In this document: piece by piece, positions 38,921 through 49,838 of the stretch
How the letters are laid out: the number at the start of each line of letters is the position of its first letter
Position numbering within the stretch: position 1 is the first letter of the stretch
IMG/VR virus record: IMGVR_UViG_3300014204_000136
DNA length: 64,000 nucleotides
DNA from: an uncultured virus (IMG/VR IMGVR_UViG_3300014204_000136)
Lineage: Duplodnaviria > Heunggongvirae > Uroviricota > Caudoviricetes
Strand: one strand, 5' to 3'
Program-made: the position numbers and the translations under genes
The notes under the pieces: generated by a model
The model's input: the letters and a program-made list of their open reading frames with translations, nothing else
Databases searched by the model: none
Told to the model about the DNA's origin: nothing

Positions 38921-39913
38921 ATGGTAAAATCAAAAACACCTAATTATAAGAAAAAAATAAATCTACTCGAAAAAGAGTTAGATGAAAAGAATAGGATGCT
39001 ATTTAATAAAGATAGCATAAGCCTCGATAACTTAACTGATTTTGAGGCTTTTACTATTAAACCAAATAGGTCCCTAAAGGAACAATGTACTGCTATAACA
39101 CAATTTGGAGATGGCCATTTTGATGAAATCGTAAATCCAAACGTGACAAATGGATTAAATGAATATAATCCAGAAATAGCACGAAAACGTACAGAAAGAT
39201 ACGCATCAAGATTAATTTATATGTTACGCCTCTATAAACGAGCTGGCATAAAAATAAATAATCTTGTATTACATCTTGTTGGTGACTTTATATCAGGTTG
39301 GATACATGAAGAATTAGTACAAACTAATGCAATGTCTCCTGTTCAAGCTACTTTGTTTGCAGAAGAATTGCTAATAAAATGTATCAAAACAATCGGTGAA
39401 TATGAAGGTCTTAATAAGATAGTAATAGTTTGTAATACAGGTAACCATAGTAGGATAACAAAGCGAAATCAATTCAAAAATTCAGTTGAGACTTCCTTTG
39501 AATATCTATCTTACAAACATATTGAAGAACACTTCAAAAATAATGGATATCAAAACATCGAATTTATTATCCCAGTATCACCAATCATATATTATAAAGT
39601 ATATGATAAAATGAATTTGTTTACTCATGGTAACAGATTTCAATATCAAGGTGGCATTGGTGGTATAGAAGTCCCATTAAAGAAATGGTTACATCGAGAA
39701 AATACCGTCATGCCGTTTGATATGGCATGGATGGGACATTGGCATCAATATTTATGTGGTACCAAAATACGTATAAATGGTCCTGTTATAGGTTACAATG
39801 AAATGGGTAGGTATTATGGCTTTACTCCAGAACCACCTATGATGCAATTCCAGTTACTTGATGAAAAAAGAGGTTATACCTGGAATTGTCCTATAATCTT
39901 GGAAGATTTTTAA
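38921..39913 (+). CDS. calcineurin-like metallophosphoesterase
   Basis: GDGHFD, GDFISG, GNHSR, THG and GHWH motifs. Confidence 0.85.
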   Translation: MVKSKTPNYKKKINLLEKELDEKNRMLFNKDSISLDNLTDFEAFTIKPNRSLKEQCTAITQFGDGHFDEIVNPNVTNGLNEYNPEIARKRTERYASRLIYMLRLYKRAGIKINNLVLHLVGDFISGWIHEELVQTNAMSPVQATLFAEELLIKCIKTIGEYEGLNKIVIVCNTGNHSRITKRNQFKNSVETSFEYLSYKHIEEHFKNNGYQNIEFIIPVSPIIYYKVYDKMNLFTHGNRFQYQGGIGGIEVPLKKWLHRENTVMPFDMAWMGHWHQYLCGTKIRINGPVIGYNEMGRYYGFTPEPPMMQFQLLDEKRGYTWNCPIILEDF

Positions 39914-40002
39914 AATATACATTATCTTTTATTGCCAAATTTTAGATGATGTGTAAAAAGGGAACATTTAATCAATAATTATTTATTAAAATCAAAACAA
40001 CA

Positions 40003-40461
40003 ATGGGAAAAAACGAAAAAAGAATAGCTTTATTAGTAAATGCTATTCGTTTATCAGAACTTGAAGACAATGAAGTCTTCTTCGTAGACAAAGCCATATA
40101 TCAGAATCGTCGTCGCACTCTTGTAGGAGAAATCCGCAGGATTGCATCAGAACTCAACATGGGTTATGCAGACATGAAGAAGGTCGTGACTGTTACAATT
40201 CCTCAGGAAGTAATTGACAGCCGCAGGTCAAGTGGTAAGATCTTTATCACTGAAGATGAACTTCTTAACAGAAACATAGGAGAAATCACAGGTCTTGGTA
40301 TAAGAGCTGGTTATAAGGCTGATCATCAATCAGAAGATGGTTTCGGTAATATTTCATCAGCACTTGCCAGTTTCCTTGGACAGAGAAATTTCGTCCGTGA
40401 AATACCTGAACTTAAACAGTATCTCGTAAGGGATGTACCTGGATTCCTTGTACAGGAATAA
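40003..40461 (+). CDS. hypothetical protein
   Basis: 152 aa, followed by a terminator-like hairpin at 40471-40502. Confidence 0.65.
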   Translation: MGKNEKRIALLVNAIRLSELEDNEVFFVDKAIYQNRRRTLVGEIRRIASELNMGYADMKKVVTVTIPQEVIDSRRSSGKIFITEDELLNRNIGEITGLGIRAGYKADHQSEDGFGNISSALASFLGQRNFVREIPELKQYLVRDVPGFLVQE

Positions 40462-40516
40462 GGATATAGTTATGAGGGGGATCAAGTATTCCCCTCATAC
40501 TTAATATACATACATT

Positions 40517-42985
40517 ATGAATCTAAAATCACCATATCGAAATAATTGGAATCCCAAACCACCATTCAAAAATAATAGGAGAATTTGTCCAAACGATATA
40601 CCTTATACAAAACCTTTAACATATTGGTATGTATTTGCGAATGGTGATAGAGATATTGATAAATACTGGGTTCAGAATACAATAAATCCAATTATTGACT
40701 CAAACGCATCTTATACTGAATGTAGTAGACGTTTAAGGCAATTTCATAACATTGTAAATAGAGAAGATCATATCATACAAACATCATCCCGATATACAGT
40801 CGGTATATATAGTAATGATCTTGAGATACATAGAGTTCATCCTGAACTGGTACAATTTAATTACACTAAAGGTACTTACAAACTATTTGAACCTATTTAC
40901 TATGTCACATACAAAAATAAAGTACATTTTGTTAAAGAATCAAATCTTAAAACACTGATGGAAAATATGAAAGATCGACCTATCATAAAAGAAATAGGTT
41001 ACTGTTCTGCTGAAGATTTAAAATTTTGGACTACTCGGGTAAAAATTCGGGTAGCTTTCAATTCAAAAGACAGAAAATGGGGGCCAAAACAGGTACTGGA
41101 CTTCCTAAATGATCCAAATAGATATAATACTCTTAAAGATTTTGGATTTAATATAGGGCCTGATAATAAAAAGTGGAAAATATATTGGGAAAAAGAAATT
41201 AATTTGACGGAGTATCAACATTTTTATAACCAACCTCGTCTACAAAGTTGTTGGGAAAGTAATAATCATACAAATAAAGTACCAACTCTTATAATATATG
41301 TACCATATCGTAAGATTAAATTACATAAAATACATCCCGAAAATTCCGCTATTTCTAGGAGAAATCGCATTTCTCATAGGAGCAAACAACGTAATGAATA
41401 TGCAAAGATGATGAGTTATAACCCAAGTGCGGGTAAATTAACTTATATTCAGATTGGTTTAGGACCAATTAGAGGTGTACCAGCATCACAAGCTGATAAA
41501 CTAATCGAGAAACATGATCATATTCATATTTGTACGTTAAAAGAATACACAAATTATATTGCCTTTCGATATGGTAAAATGTGTCGTAAAGTAATAGATG
41601 GTAAAAAAGTTCTTGTGAGAAAAGAACCAAAATATACCACTATGCATAAGGATGGAAATCGCAAACAACGAAATCATCACAAAACAACCAAAGGTAATAC
41701 TGACATTAGAGGTATCCATGTAAAGGTAACAGAACAGATTGTTCCTATGCCTATTGTTACTACTGATAAAGAAGGTAACATTATTTATACTAAGGATACT
41801 ATACGTAATAAACATGGTCAAAAATTTAATCCTACATTTACAGGTGAAAAATTCATTACTAAATCAACAATTACTGGTTCAAAAACCATAATAGGTCGTA
41901 AGAACAACAGAGCAATAATTGCTGATAATGAACCCATGAAACGTATTTTACGTGTTGAAGGTGTTACCAAAAAAGGTGATTTACTTCCAATCTATACAAA
42001 AACAAGACATAATGCCAAGCCTAATCCAAGAGAAGAATTAAAAGAGGCAAGAAGAAATTTCAAAAAGAAATGTAGTTGGGACCCACGATATACTAAAGCT
42101 AATGGTGGTCTGTTCACTGATCGTATCTTCTGGGAAATCTTAAAAATGATCAATAACAAAGAACGACATCCTCGTCATAAAAAGATATTAAAGTATGTAA
42201 AAAATGCACTTAATTGTAGTACAGAACATGCTGAAATAATAATAAAATATCTTCGTATGACCAGGCATGGTGACCCAACTATAACACATACAAAAAGTGA
42301 TACTCGTAGAATAGAGAAACAAGTTGTAACCAAAGACCATCTCTTAATAAAATTACCATATCCATTTAAGGATACCGTAATTATTCAACATGAGTTCTCA
42401 AACAAAGACACTGGTAAAATAGAAACAAGGATTACTGGTGAAACGTATATGAATTACCAGAATAACTTCTTCAAACAAGATGAAGAAAAGAAACAGGTAT
42501 TCATTAACAAAGCACGTAATGTGTTTAAATGGATGTTGCAAGAAGAGTACAACAAATCAATTAGTAACATGTCTATAGATGACATTAAGAAATTTAATGA
42601 GTCATCCGAGGGTTGGCAAAAGGTTGCTATTCCATCTACAAAGAATGTTACAAAGATAGTAAAGACTTATAAGAAGTTACCTAAAAAATCATCAGCAATT
42701 GTACACAAAAAGTGGAAGACACCTATGAAAGATGTCAATAAACTGGTTGATAAAAGAATTGAGACCTTGCAAAAGTTAAAAGGTATTGCGTTATTTAATT
42801 ATATACGTCATATAATAATACCATCTCAACTTAAGGGTAGTGGATCTTATTCTTTACTTGTTGATAAGTTGTACCAACAACATATAAAGTACTCCAAAGA
42901 ATTATCCTCTTACATACTGAAACGTACAGATGAAGAAGAATGGATAAGATTCGCAGATGCAATCGTTGGGGTACCATTCTCATAG
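40517..42985 (+). CDS. large, very basic hypothetical protein
   Basis: 822 aa, rich in K/R/H. Confidence 0.65.
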   Translation: MNLKSPYRNNWNPKPPFKNNRRICPNDIPYTKPLTYWYVFANGDRDIDKYWVQNTINPIIDSNASYTECSRRLRQFHNIVNREDHIIQTSSRYTVGIYSNDLEIHRVHPELVQFNYTKGTYKLFEPIYYVTYKNKVHFVKESNLKTLMENMKDRPIIKEIGYCSAEDLKFWTTRVKIRVAFNSKDRKWGPKQVLDFLNDPNRYNTLKDFGFNIGPDNKKWKIYWEKEINLTEYQHFYNQPRLQSCWESNNHTNKVPTLIIYVPYRKIKLHKIHPENSAISRRNRISHRSKQRNEYAKMMSYNPSAGKLTYIQIGLGPIRGVPASQADKLIEKHDHIHICTLKEYTNYIAFRYGKMCRKVIDGKKVLVRKEPKYTTMHKDGNRKQRNHHKTTKGNTDIRGIHVKVTEQIVPMPIVTTDKEGNIIYTKDTIRNKHGQKFNPTFTGEKFITKSTITGSKTIIGRKNNRAIIADNEPMKRILRVEGVTKKGDLLPIYTKTRHNAKPNPREELKEARRNFKKKCSWDPRYTKANGGLFTDRIFWEILKMINNKERHPRHKKILKYVKNALNCSTEHAEIIIKYLRMTRHGDPTITHTKSDTRRIEKQVVTKDHLLIKLPYPFKDTVIIQHEFSNKDTGKIETRITGETYMNYQNNFFKQDEEKKQVFINKARNVFKWMLQEEYNKSISNMSIDDIKKFNESSEGWQKVAIPSTKNVTKIVKTYKKLPKKSSAIVHKKWKTPMKDVNKLVDKRIETLQKLKGIALFNYIRHIIIPSQLKGSGSYSLLVDKLYQQHIKYSKELSSYILKRTDEEEWIRFADAIVGVPFS

Positions 42986-43106
42986 TAATGAGGTAAAAGA
43001 GCCGTTTTAAGACACTGTATTATCAGAAATGATTAATACTATTCCTTAAGAGATAAAATGTCTTAGAATGGCTCTAAATGCCTTTAAATCAAAAATATAT
43101 ATCTAT

Positions 43107-43460
43107 ATGAGACACAAGAAAATACGTGGGGCCATTAAGACCTTAAAAAAAGAACACATTATTATAACAAGACAATCCAGGAATTTCCAAAGAGGTTATA
43201 AACCTATTCTCAGACAAAGAAATAAACATAAATTATATTCTGTATTTAAAAATGAATTCACAATTGATGCAAAAGATTGGATACCAGAATATAAATTCTT
43301 TATGGGAGATTTATCAGATGTAGATGTTACTACAGATGAAAGATTTTATGAGATTCCAGGACAAAGAAAGCAAGCAATATATATGGGTAAAGGTAAGGTA
43401 TCTTTCCCAGTTGTATATCCTATCTTGTTAGATGATGGAATAACACTTAATAAAATATAA
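43107..43460 (+). CDS. hypothetical protein (likely start MRHKK)
   Basis: upstream ATG 43068 lies inside a 17-bp stem. Confidence 0.45.
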   Translation: MRHKKIRGAIKTLKKEHIIITRQSRNFQRGYKPILRQRNKHKLYSVFKNEFTIDAKDWIPEYKFFMGDLSDVDVTTDERFYEIPGQRKQAIYMGKGKVSFPVVYPILLDDGITLNKI

Positions 43461-43506
43461 ATGAGTTCTGGGGTATATCCCCAGACTCTTTTTAATAATA
43501 AATAAT

Positions 43507-43728
43507 ATGGAAAACACTGATTATAAAATAATCGAATGTTGTAAGAAGTTATCAGAAGCTTTAGAAGGTGAAATGTTTGATATAATGGATAATGAACCAT
43601 TTTTATCAGACAAGATAGAACCAATTTTAGTTGTTTTATCCGACGGTGGACATGGTGGAATATGTCCTATTAAATTCTGTCCATTTTGTGGAAAGAAAAT
43701 TGAAATACTTAAACCAGAACTATTCTAA
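43507..43728 (+). CDS. small Zn-finger protein
   Basis: ECC...IKFCPFCGKK. Confidence 0.6.
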   Translation: MENTDYKIIECCKKLSEALEGEMFDIMDNEPFLSDKIEPILVVLSDGGHGGICPIKFCPFCGKKIEILKPELF

Positions 43729-43733
43729 TAACA

Positions 43734-45572
43734 ATGAACATTTACGTATATGATATTGAAGTAATGATAAATTACTTTGCTGTAATATTCAAAAACGTAA
43801 ATAATCAAACACTACATGAATTCATAATCTATAATAATAGAAATGATATTCATGAACTATATAACTTCCTTAAACAACATAAGAATGATTACTTGGCTGG
43901 TTATAATAACTTTAATTATGATGATCAGTTAATGATATTCATATACTACAATTATCATAGATTATTTAAGGATGCTGATAGTTCACAAATAACAGCAACA
44001 CTACATGCTTTATCAACTAATATTATAGAAGAAAAGCATACAAAATTATATAATCCACCTTTCATATCTATTGATTTAATGAAGGTGAATTATTTATACA
44101 AATCTTTAAAGTTAGTGGCAGTTAACCTTAACTGGTCTAAAATACAAGATATGCCATTGCATCATACTCATTTTGTAGTAGATGAGGATTTAGAGATGAT
44201 GCATAAGTATAACCTAAATGATGTACTTATAACTGAACAATTATACTACGCTTCAAAAGATGAAATTGCTTTACGTTGGGAAATAGGTAAGAGATACGGA
44301 GTAAATGTTATATCTGAAAGTAGAAGTGGTATTGCTAATAGAATACTAGAAAAACTATATTCAGATAAAACTGGTATACCTATAAAAGAACTCAAAGAAA
44401 TGAGAACTGATAGGAATATCATACATTTTGAGAATATAATATACCCCAATGTACATTTTGATACACCTGAATTAAATTCTGTATTGTATAAATTACTAAG
44501 AATGGTATATTATAAAGGTCAACCTTTTATAAAAAAGAATATACTATTTAATGGTATGATATATCGAACAGGTAGAGGTGGTATACATTCTGACGACAGA
44601 CCTGGATTCTTTGAATCAAATGATAAGGAAGATATTATTGATTGTGATGTTACATCTATGTATGCTAATAACATGATTATCAATAACCTTATACCAGCTC
44701 ATTTGGGACCTGCTTTTATGGAAATCTACAAAGATATCACAAAACGTAGAATAGATGCAAAGAAAAGAGGAGATAAATTAGAAAGTGAAGCATTAAAAAT
44801 TGTTATATTAAGCGTATGGGGTAAAACCTTTAAGGCAACTCATTGGTTGTATGATCCATTAGTTGGATTACGTTTAGTTATTAATGGACAATTATACATA
44901 TTAATGTTAATTGAAAAATTAGTAACAAATAATTTTAGAGTTATATCTACAAATACAGATGGTATAGTCACAATAGTACCTAAAGATAAAAGAAATCAGT
45001 ATAATGAAATATGTGCAAATTGGTGTAAAGAAACAAAATTCGATTTAGAATTTACAGAATATAAAAAATATATAGCAAAGGATGTTAATAACTACATTGC
45101 AATAAAGAAAGATGGAGATATCAAAGTAAAAGGTGATTTTGTCCAACAAATCGATCTTATAAGAGGTGTAGACAAACCAATTGTTTCAAAAGCATTATAT
45201 GACTATTTTATTAAAGGTATTAAACCAGAAGATACTGTTCGACAATGTAAAAACATACTACAATTTTGTACAGCTAAAAAGACTGATGATAAGTTTGATA
45301 ATTATAGATTCTATATTGAAGACTATGAAATTAAACGTGAGAAATTACAAAATACAGTCAGATTCTTTGTAGCTAAAAGTGGTGATCAATTATACAAAGT
45401 CGATAAGAAAACTGGTGAAACAATAAACTATTGTGCAGGATATAATATTGAAATACTGAATGATGTAGATGATACAAATATCAGTAAATTTAATGTTAAC
45501 CATAATTACTATATATCAGAATGTTATAAAGTAATTAATCAAATTGAAGATAAACAACTCAAATTATTTTAA
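43734..45572 (+). CDS. polB: family B DNA polymerase (crAss type)
   Basis: exonuclease YDIE, GYNNFNYDD, YNLNDV; polymerase DCDVTSMY, KIVILSVWG, NTDG, DVNNY. Confidence 0.9.
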   Translation: MNIYVYDIEVMINYFAVIFKNVNNQTLHEFIIYNNRNDIHELYNFLKQHKNDYLAGYNNFNYDDQLMIFIYYNYHRLFKDADSSQITATLHALSTNIIEEKHTKLYNPPFISIDLMKVNYLYKSLKLVAVNLNWSKIQDMPLHHTHFVVDEDLEMMHKYNLNDVLITEQLYYASKDEIALRWEIGKRYGVNVISESRSGIANRILEKLYSDKTGIPIKELKEMRTDRNIIHFENIIYPNVHFDTPELNSVLYKLLRMVYYKGQPFIKKNILFNGMIYRTGRGGIHSDDRPGFFESNDKEDIIDCDVTSMYANNMIINNLIPAHLGPAFMEIYKDITKRRIDAKKRGDKLESEALKIVILSVWGKTFKATHWLYDPLVGLRLVINGQLYILMLIEKLVTNNFRVISTNTDGIVTIVPKDKRNQYNEICANWCKETKFDLEFTEYKKYIAKDVNNYIAIKKDGDIKVKGDFVQQIDLIRGVDKPIVSKALYDYFIKGIKPEDTVRQCKNILQFCTAKKTDDKFDNYRFYIEDYEIKREKLQNTVRFFVAKSGDQLYKVDKKTGETINYCAGYNIEILNDVDDTNISKFNVNHNYYISECYKVINQIEDKQLKLF

Positions 45573-45954
45573 CATGGTAAACGATTTCACATTTTCTTTG
45601 TTGAAGAATGAAGTAAACAGAGCAAAGACTCGCATCCAGGCCGAAGAAGAGGCTAAGAAAAATAAAGTCATTCTTGATATGATCGTAGATATCCTTGATA
45701 AAAGGAAAAAACAACCAAACAGGAATGATGCCAGATTATATTTTGACATTGCAGCAGAACAGAATCCTTTGTTTATAACAAATGGTAATGATGCTGATGT
45801 ACGTCAAATATTTGTAGACATGGGAATAACACCCAACGAATACATCGAAGAGGTGATAACACGTCGCCCGCAACAACGTCTTGTTACATTAGGTAATGGG
45901 ACAACAAGAGTAATTAGTTTAAATACTAAACTCAAACCTTTATTATTATTTTAA
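45573..45954 (+). CDS. hypothetical protein
   Basis: ORF after PolB; likely start MVNDF near 45574. Confidence 0.5.
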
Positions 45955-45957
45955 AAT

Positions 45958-46527
45958 ATGTTGATTACATTTGATACAGATTCTTTGAGAGAACACAATC
46001 TGTCTGCAGCACAATACTTTTATTTAATATTGATTGCAGAAAATAAACAGGATCTACTAAAAGAATATTTAGATAGAAATTACCCTGCCGAAGATTGTAC
46101 GATAGATCCCAAAAAATTACATAAAGAACTTCTTGAAAAAGATCTTTTTATAGAACCTGGATCAGATTGGATAGCAACAGAAAAAACTAAAAATATCATC
46201 TTTGGAGATAACTTATTTAAAGAATTCGTAGCAGAATTTCCACAATCAGTTACTCGTACAGATGGTACAATCGATTTCTTAAGAACTGATTTGTCCAACG
46301 CCGAAACGGCATATAAGTGCTACATTGGACGTAGCAGAGATAAGCATAACCATATCATGAAATGTCTGAAAGCTGAAATAAAGAATAGAACCAGTAATGG
46401 ATCTATGCCTTATATGAAGCGAATCTTAACTTGGATTACCAGTAAAGCCTGGACATCCTATGAAGATTCTTTAGATGCAATATTAACACCTAATAAAGAC
46501 TTGGGATATGGCACAAACCTCATCTAA
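45958..46527 (+). CDS. putative replication initiator / helicase loader-like protein
   Basis: N-terminal wHTH-like region, FKEFVAEFP, YMKRILTWI...W; directly upstream of the helicase. Confidence 0.5.
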   Translation: MLITFDTDSLREHNLSAAQYFYLILIAENKQDLLKEYLDRNYPAEDCTIDPKKLHKELLEKDLFIEPGSDWIATEKTKNIIFGDNLFKEFVAEFPQSVTRTDGTIDFLRTDLSNAETAYKCYIGRSRDKHNHIMKCLKAEIKNRTSNGSMPYMKRILTWITSKAWTSYEDSLDAILTPNKDLGYGTNLI

Positions 46528-48426
46528 CGACAGTACTCCAGAAATAAAGCATATAAGTAAAGCTTCAGATGAAATAGTGACATATATTGACAATCGCCGT
46601 AAAGGTATTGTCAAGTCATTACGGACAAAATGGGCTAAGTTTAATCATGCTGCAATGGGGGGGATTGAACCAAATATCATAATGACCATAGCTGGTATAA
46701 GTGGTAGTGGTAAATCATCATTTGTAAACAGTTTAGAAACCGATATTGTTGATTTAAATAGAGATCAGGAAATCATTGTATTATCTTTTAATTTTGAGAT
46801 GCTTTCAAGCCGTCAAGTTGGTAGGAAGTTATCTTATAAATTAACAAAGACAACTGGTGAATTATATTCAACAGGATATGATGGTGAACCTGTTTCAGAC
46901 GAACTATTCAATGAAGTAGTTAAAGAAGCAGAACACATTAAACATTACCCAGTATATTATGTAGATGTCCCCTGTACTGTCGATCAAATCGGTAGTATAA
47001 TAAGACGTTTTCAGTTTAGTGAGAATACAAAGAATAAATGGTTGGTAGTAATACTTGATCATACTTTACTAACAAGAGGTAAGTCCGGAGAACAAGAAAG
47101 GGAAACCTTGGCTAACCTTCAGAAACTTTTTATGGAAGTTAAGAAAACTGGAAGAACTACAATAATACAATTAAGTCAAATGAATCGAGAGATTGAGTCG
47201 TCTGAAAGGATAACCAACCCTACTATGCACTTTCCTATGCGTAGAGATCTTTTTGGATCAGATTCATTATTTCAAGCTTCAGATTACGTCATTGTCTTAC
47301 ACCGACCCGAACTATTAGGAATTAAAAGTTATTCTCCAAATAATTGGCCTGTACAAAATAAAATATACATGCACTTCCTAAACAAAAATGAAACCTTTTA
47401 ATATTTTTTACGTATAAGTATAAAATACTTAATAATGGAAAATATTAAAACTTTAAATATACAAAAAAATGGTAAACCTTGTATTTATAAAATTCAGAAT
47501 AAAATAAATAATAAAATTTATATTGGTTCTGCAATTTGACATTATAAAAGAAAAGGTCAACATTTTTATTTACTACGTAATAATAAACACTTTAATAGTC
47601 ATCTTCAAAATTCTTGGAATAAATATGGTGAACAAAATTTTATATTTGAAGTGTTAGAATTTATTCAAGATCCTTCTACTTTAAAAGAAAGAGAAGAATA
47701 TTATATTAATATATATACTTCTAATAATCCAGAAATTGGATTTAATCATAGAGTTTTTTGTACTACTAATTTAGGTATAAAAAGATCTTTAGAAAGTAGA
47801 TTAAAACAATCGCGTAGTAAAAAAGGAATTACTCCAAATATTAATTATGTAGTAGTATCTAAATTAAATAGTAAACAAGTAACTGGTATAAATAAAAATA
47901 CTAATGAAAGAATATTATTTGATTCTATTAAACATGCTGGAGAGATTTTAAAAATACAAAGAACAAGTATATCCAAAGTTTTGCACAAAAAATTAAAGAG
48001 TGCAGGAGGTTATTATTGGGACTTTATTGAGCAATCAATATCGAATAATCCAGTGAATTCAGTGAAAACCTGTGATGGCAACACTGAGCCAAGTTCATCG
48101 AATAGTATAATAGTAGATGAAAAGGTGCAACGACTAATAGGTGAGGAACTTACCAATAATCCTAACACGAGCGCTGGACAACCTAAAGATGGATATGAAG
48201 TAAAATTTGATTATGAAATGGGAGTTAAATTATCAATACCAGATTATTTCAAATTACTTCAAGAAATACAATAGGCTGATGATATAGTCTAGTCTTATAA
48301 TAATAAGAATTATAAGCAATAGTATTAAAAAACTATTGATAATAAAAACGAAAAGTGAGAGAAGGTGAACCAAAAATACTAAGTTTTGTAAATAATCTTA
48401 AGTATAACAGAATTGACGAAGTTTAA
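46508..48426 (+). CDS. dnaB: DnaB-like replicative helicase, spliced: join(46508..47379,48351..48426)
   Basis: AGISGSGKS, ILDH, LSQMNR, LFGSDSLFQASD; splicing restores HFL-KVREGEPKILSFVNNLKYNRIDEV* (KxRxG arginine finger). Confidence 0.88.
47389..47414 (+). promoter_or_regulatory. ECF-type promoter TGAAAC-N16-CGTA inside the intron
   Basis: 20 nt upstream of the homing endonuclease ATG. Confidence 0.55.
47435..48274 (+). pseudogene. GIY-YIG homing endonuclease with in-frame TGA
   Basis: MENIK...PCIYKIQNKINNKIYIGSAI*HYKR...HLQNSWNKYG..F.FEVLE; TGA at 47537-47539; NUMOD1-like C-terminus. Confidence 0.8.
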
Positions 48427-48450
48427 CAAATTTATCAAAATTATTATATT

Positions 48451-49005
48451 ATGAACAGAACACTTACGATTGTTATTGAAGATAAGAAAAAAGCTACAGA
48501 AGCAGGTCTTATACAGAAAATCGGTACTTATCTTAAAAAGAAACTTGCCCCCAATAAATATATTGTTGATCAGTTACGTAATGGTGATGCCATTATTGTT
48601 GACTTGGGTAAGAAAAGTTACCAGGTGGAACAACAATTTGTAGAGTTTATAACTCCTACAAGTTACCGGAGAACGCCAAGATCTCAGAACGTAGCATTAG
48701 AAGATACACTATTTCTAATGAGAGATAATCAGAGAATATTTAGCATGCTTGAGGATTTACTTGACATAGCTAACGACGAACGCACAGTAATTCGTGTTCA
48801 GGTTGAACCGAAGAAACCAACAATACAGAAGGTTAACATCCGTACAGTTGACAGGATTTATATCCATGGAAACTATGTACGTGTTGGCTGGAACTCTTAT
48901 GCCATTAAATACGATTGGATGACTGGTAAGAATTTTGTGACCATTGATGGTTACACTTACGAAGTTAAGACCGATTGGTTTGGCCGAAGATATTTGAGTG
49001 AATAA
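48451..49005 (+). CDS. hypothetical protein
   Basis: 184 aa ORF. Confidence 0.6.
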   Translation: MNRTLTIVIEDKKKATEAGLIQKIGTYLKKKLAPNKYIVDQLRNGDAIIVDLGKKSYQVEQQFVEFITPTSYRRTPRSQNVALEDTLFLMRDNQRIFSMLEDLLDIANDERTVIRVQVEPKKPTIQKVNIRTVDRIYIHGNYVRVGWNSYAIKYDWMTGKNFVTIDGYTYEVKTDWFGRRYLSE

Positions 49006-49170
49006 GAGTAATCAGTATTAGACCACTTATATAGCGGCTACGATTAAGATTACTTACAGCCTTCCGAAAGCACCAAGTAAGCCACCGAGGGATATTGACA
49101 GCCGTCAATGTTACCCGAACGCAATTTATCGGTTACTTAATCAGGTGGTATAACAAAATTAATTTATATT

Positions 49171-49827
49171 ATGTCAACACCATACCAGATCGCCGTAGTA
49201 GGCATGTCTGGTAAGGGGAAAACAATGTCTTTACGCAATATGAATCCAGAGAAATGTGGATTTATAAATGCAGAAAGCAAGCCGTTACCATTTATAAATA
49301 AATTTAAATTTTACTGTACTCCTAACAGTTGGCAAGAAACTTATCAGAAACTTATCGAATATGGCAAAAATCCGGATATTACAGAAGTGGTACTGGACAG
49401 TTTTTCCGCTTACTTAGATAGTTTGCTAAAAACAGCCAGAGAAATAAAGAAAGGTTTTGATGTCTGGAATTACTATAATGAAGAGATAGGGAAATTGATG
49501 TTCCTTATTAAGAAGTATCCAAAAGATATTATTGTTACAGCACATTCCGCTAATGTTGAAACAGATGAGGGTGTAGCAGAAAGACGCATTGCTGTTAAAG
49601 GCAATGAGTGGAATAAAACAGGTGTAGAAAAAGATTTTACTATTGTAACATTTGCAGAAGTGCGAATGGGTAGTGGTAAAAGAGAATATGTATTAGATTT
49701 ACTATCAGATGGTAGAACTAGTGCAAAAACTCCACCAATCTTCTTGAAAGAAGGTGTCGAAACTATGACTAATGATGCTAACGAATTATTACAACACATC
49801 AGAACAATATTGTCTAACAATAAATAG
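49171..49827 (+). CDS. AAA ATPase (Sak4/AAA_24-like)
   Basis: GMSGKGKTMSLRN, VVLDSFS, TAHS and AKTP motifs. Confidence 0.8.
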   Translation: MSTPYQIAVVGMSGKGKTMSLRNMNPEKCGFINAESKPLPFINKFKFYCTPNSWQETYQKLIEYGKNPDITEVVLDSFSAYLDSLLKTAREIKKGFDVWNYYNEEIGKLMFLIKKYPKDIIVTAHSANVETDEGVAERRIAVKGNEWNKTGVEKDFTIVTFAEVRMGSGKREYVLDLLSDGRTSAKTPPIFLKEGVETMTNDANELLQHIRTILSNNK

Positions 49828-49838
49828 GAGATTAAAAG

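Larger units (their letters stand above)
47380..48350 (+). mobile_element. group I intron in the helicase gene
   Basis: exon ends in U (47379), intron ends in G (48350); core AATTCAGTGAAAACC...ACACTGAGCCAAG, GGTGCAACGACTA (R), GATATAGTCT (S). Confidence 0.88.

Noticed and set aside
47651..48274. Independent 207-aa gene
   Set aside because: It is the in-frame downstream part of the interrupted GIY-YIG gene that starts at 47435
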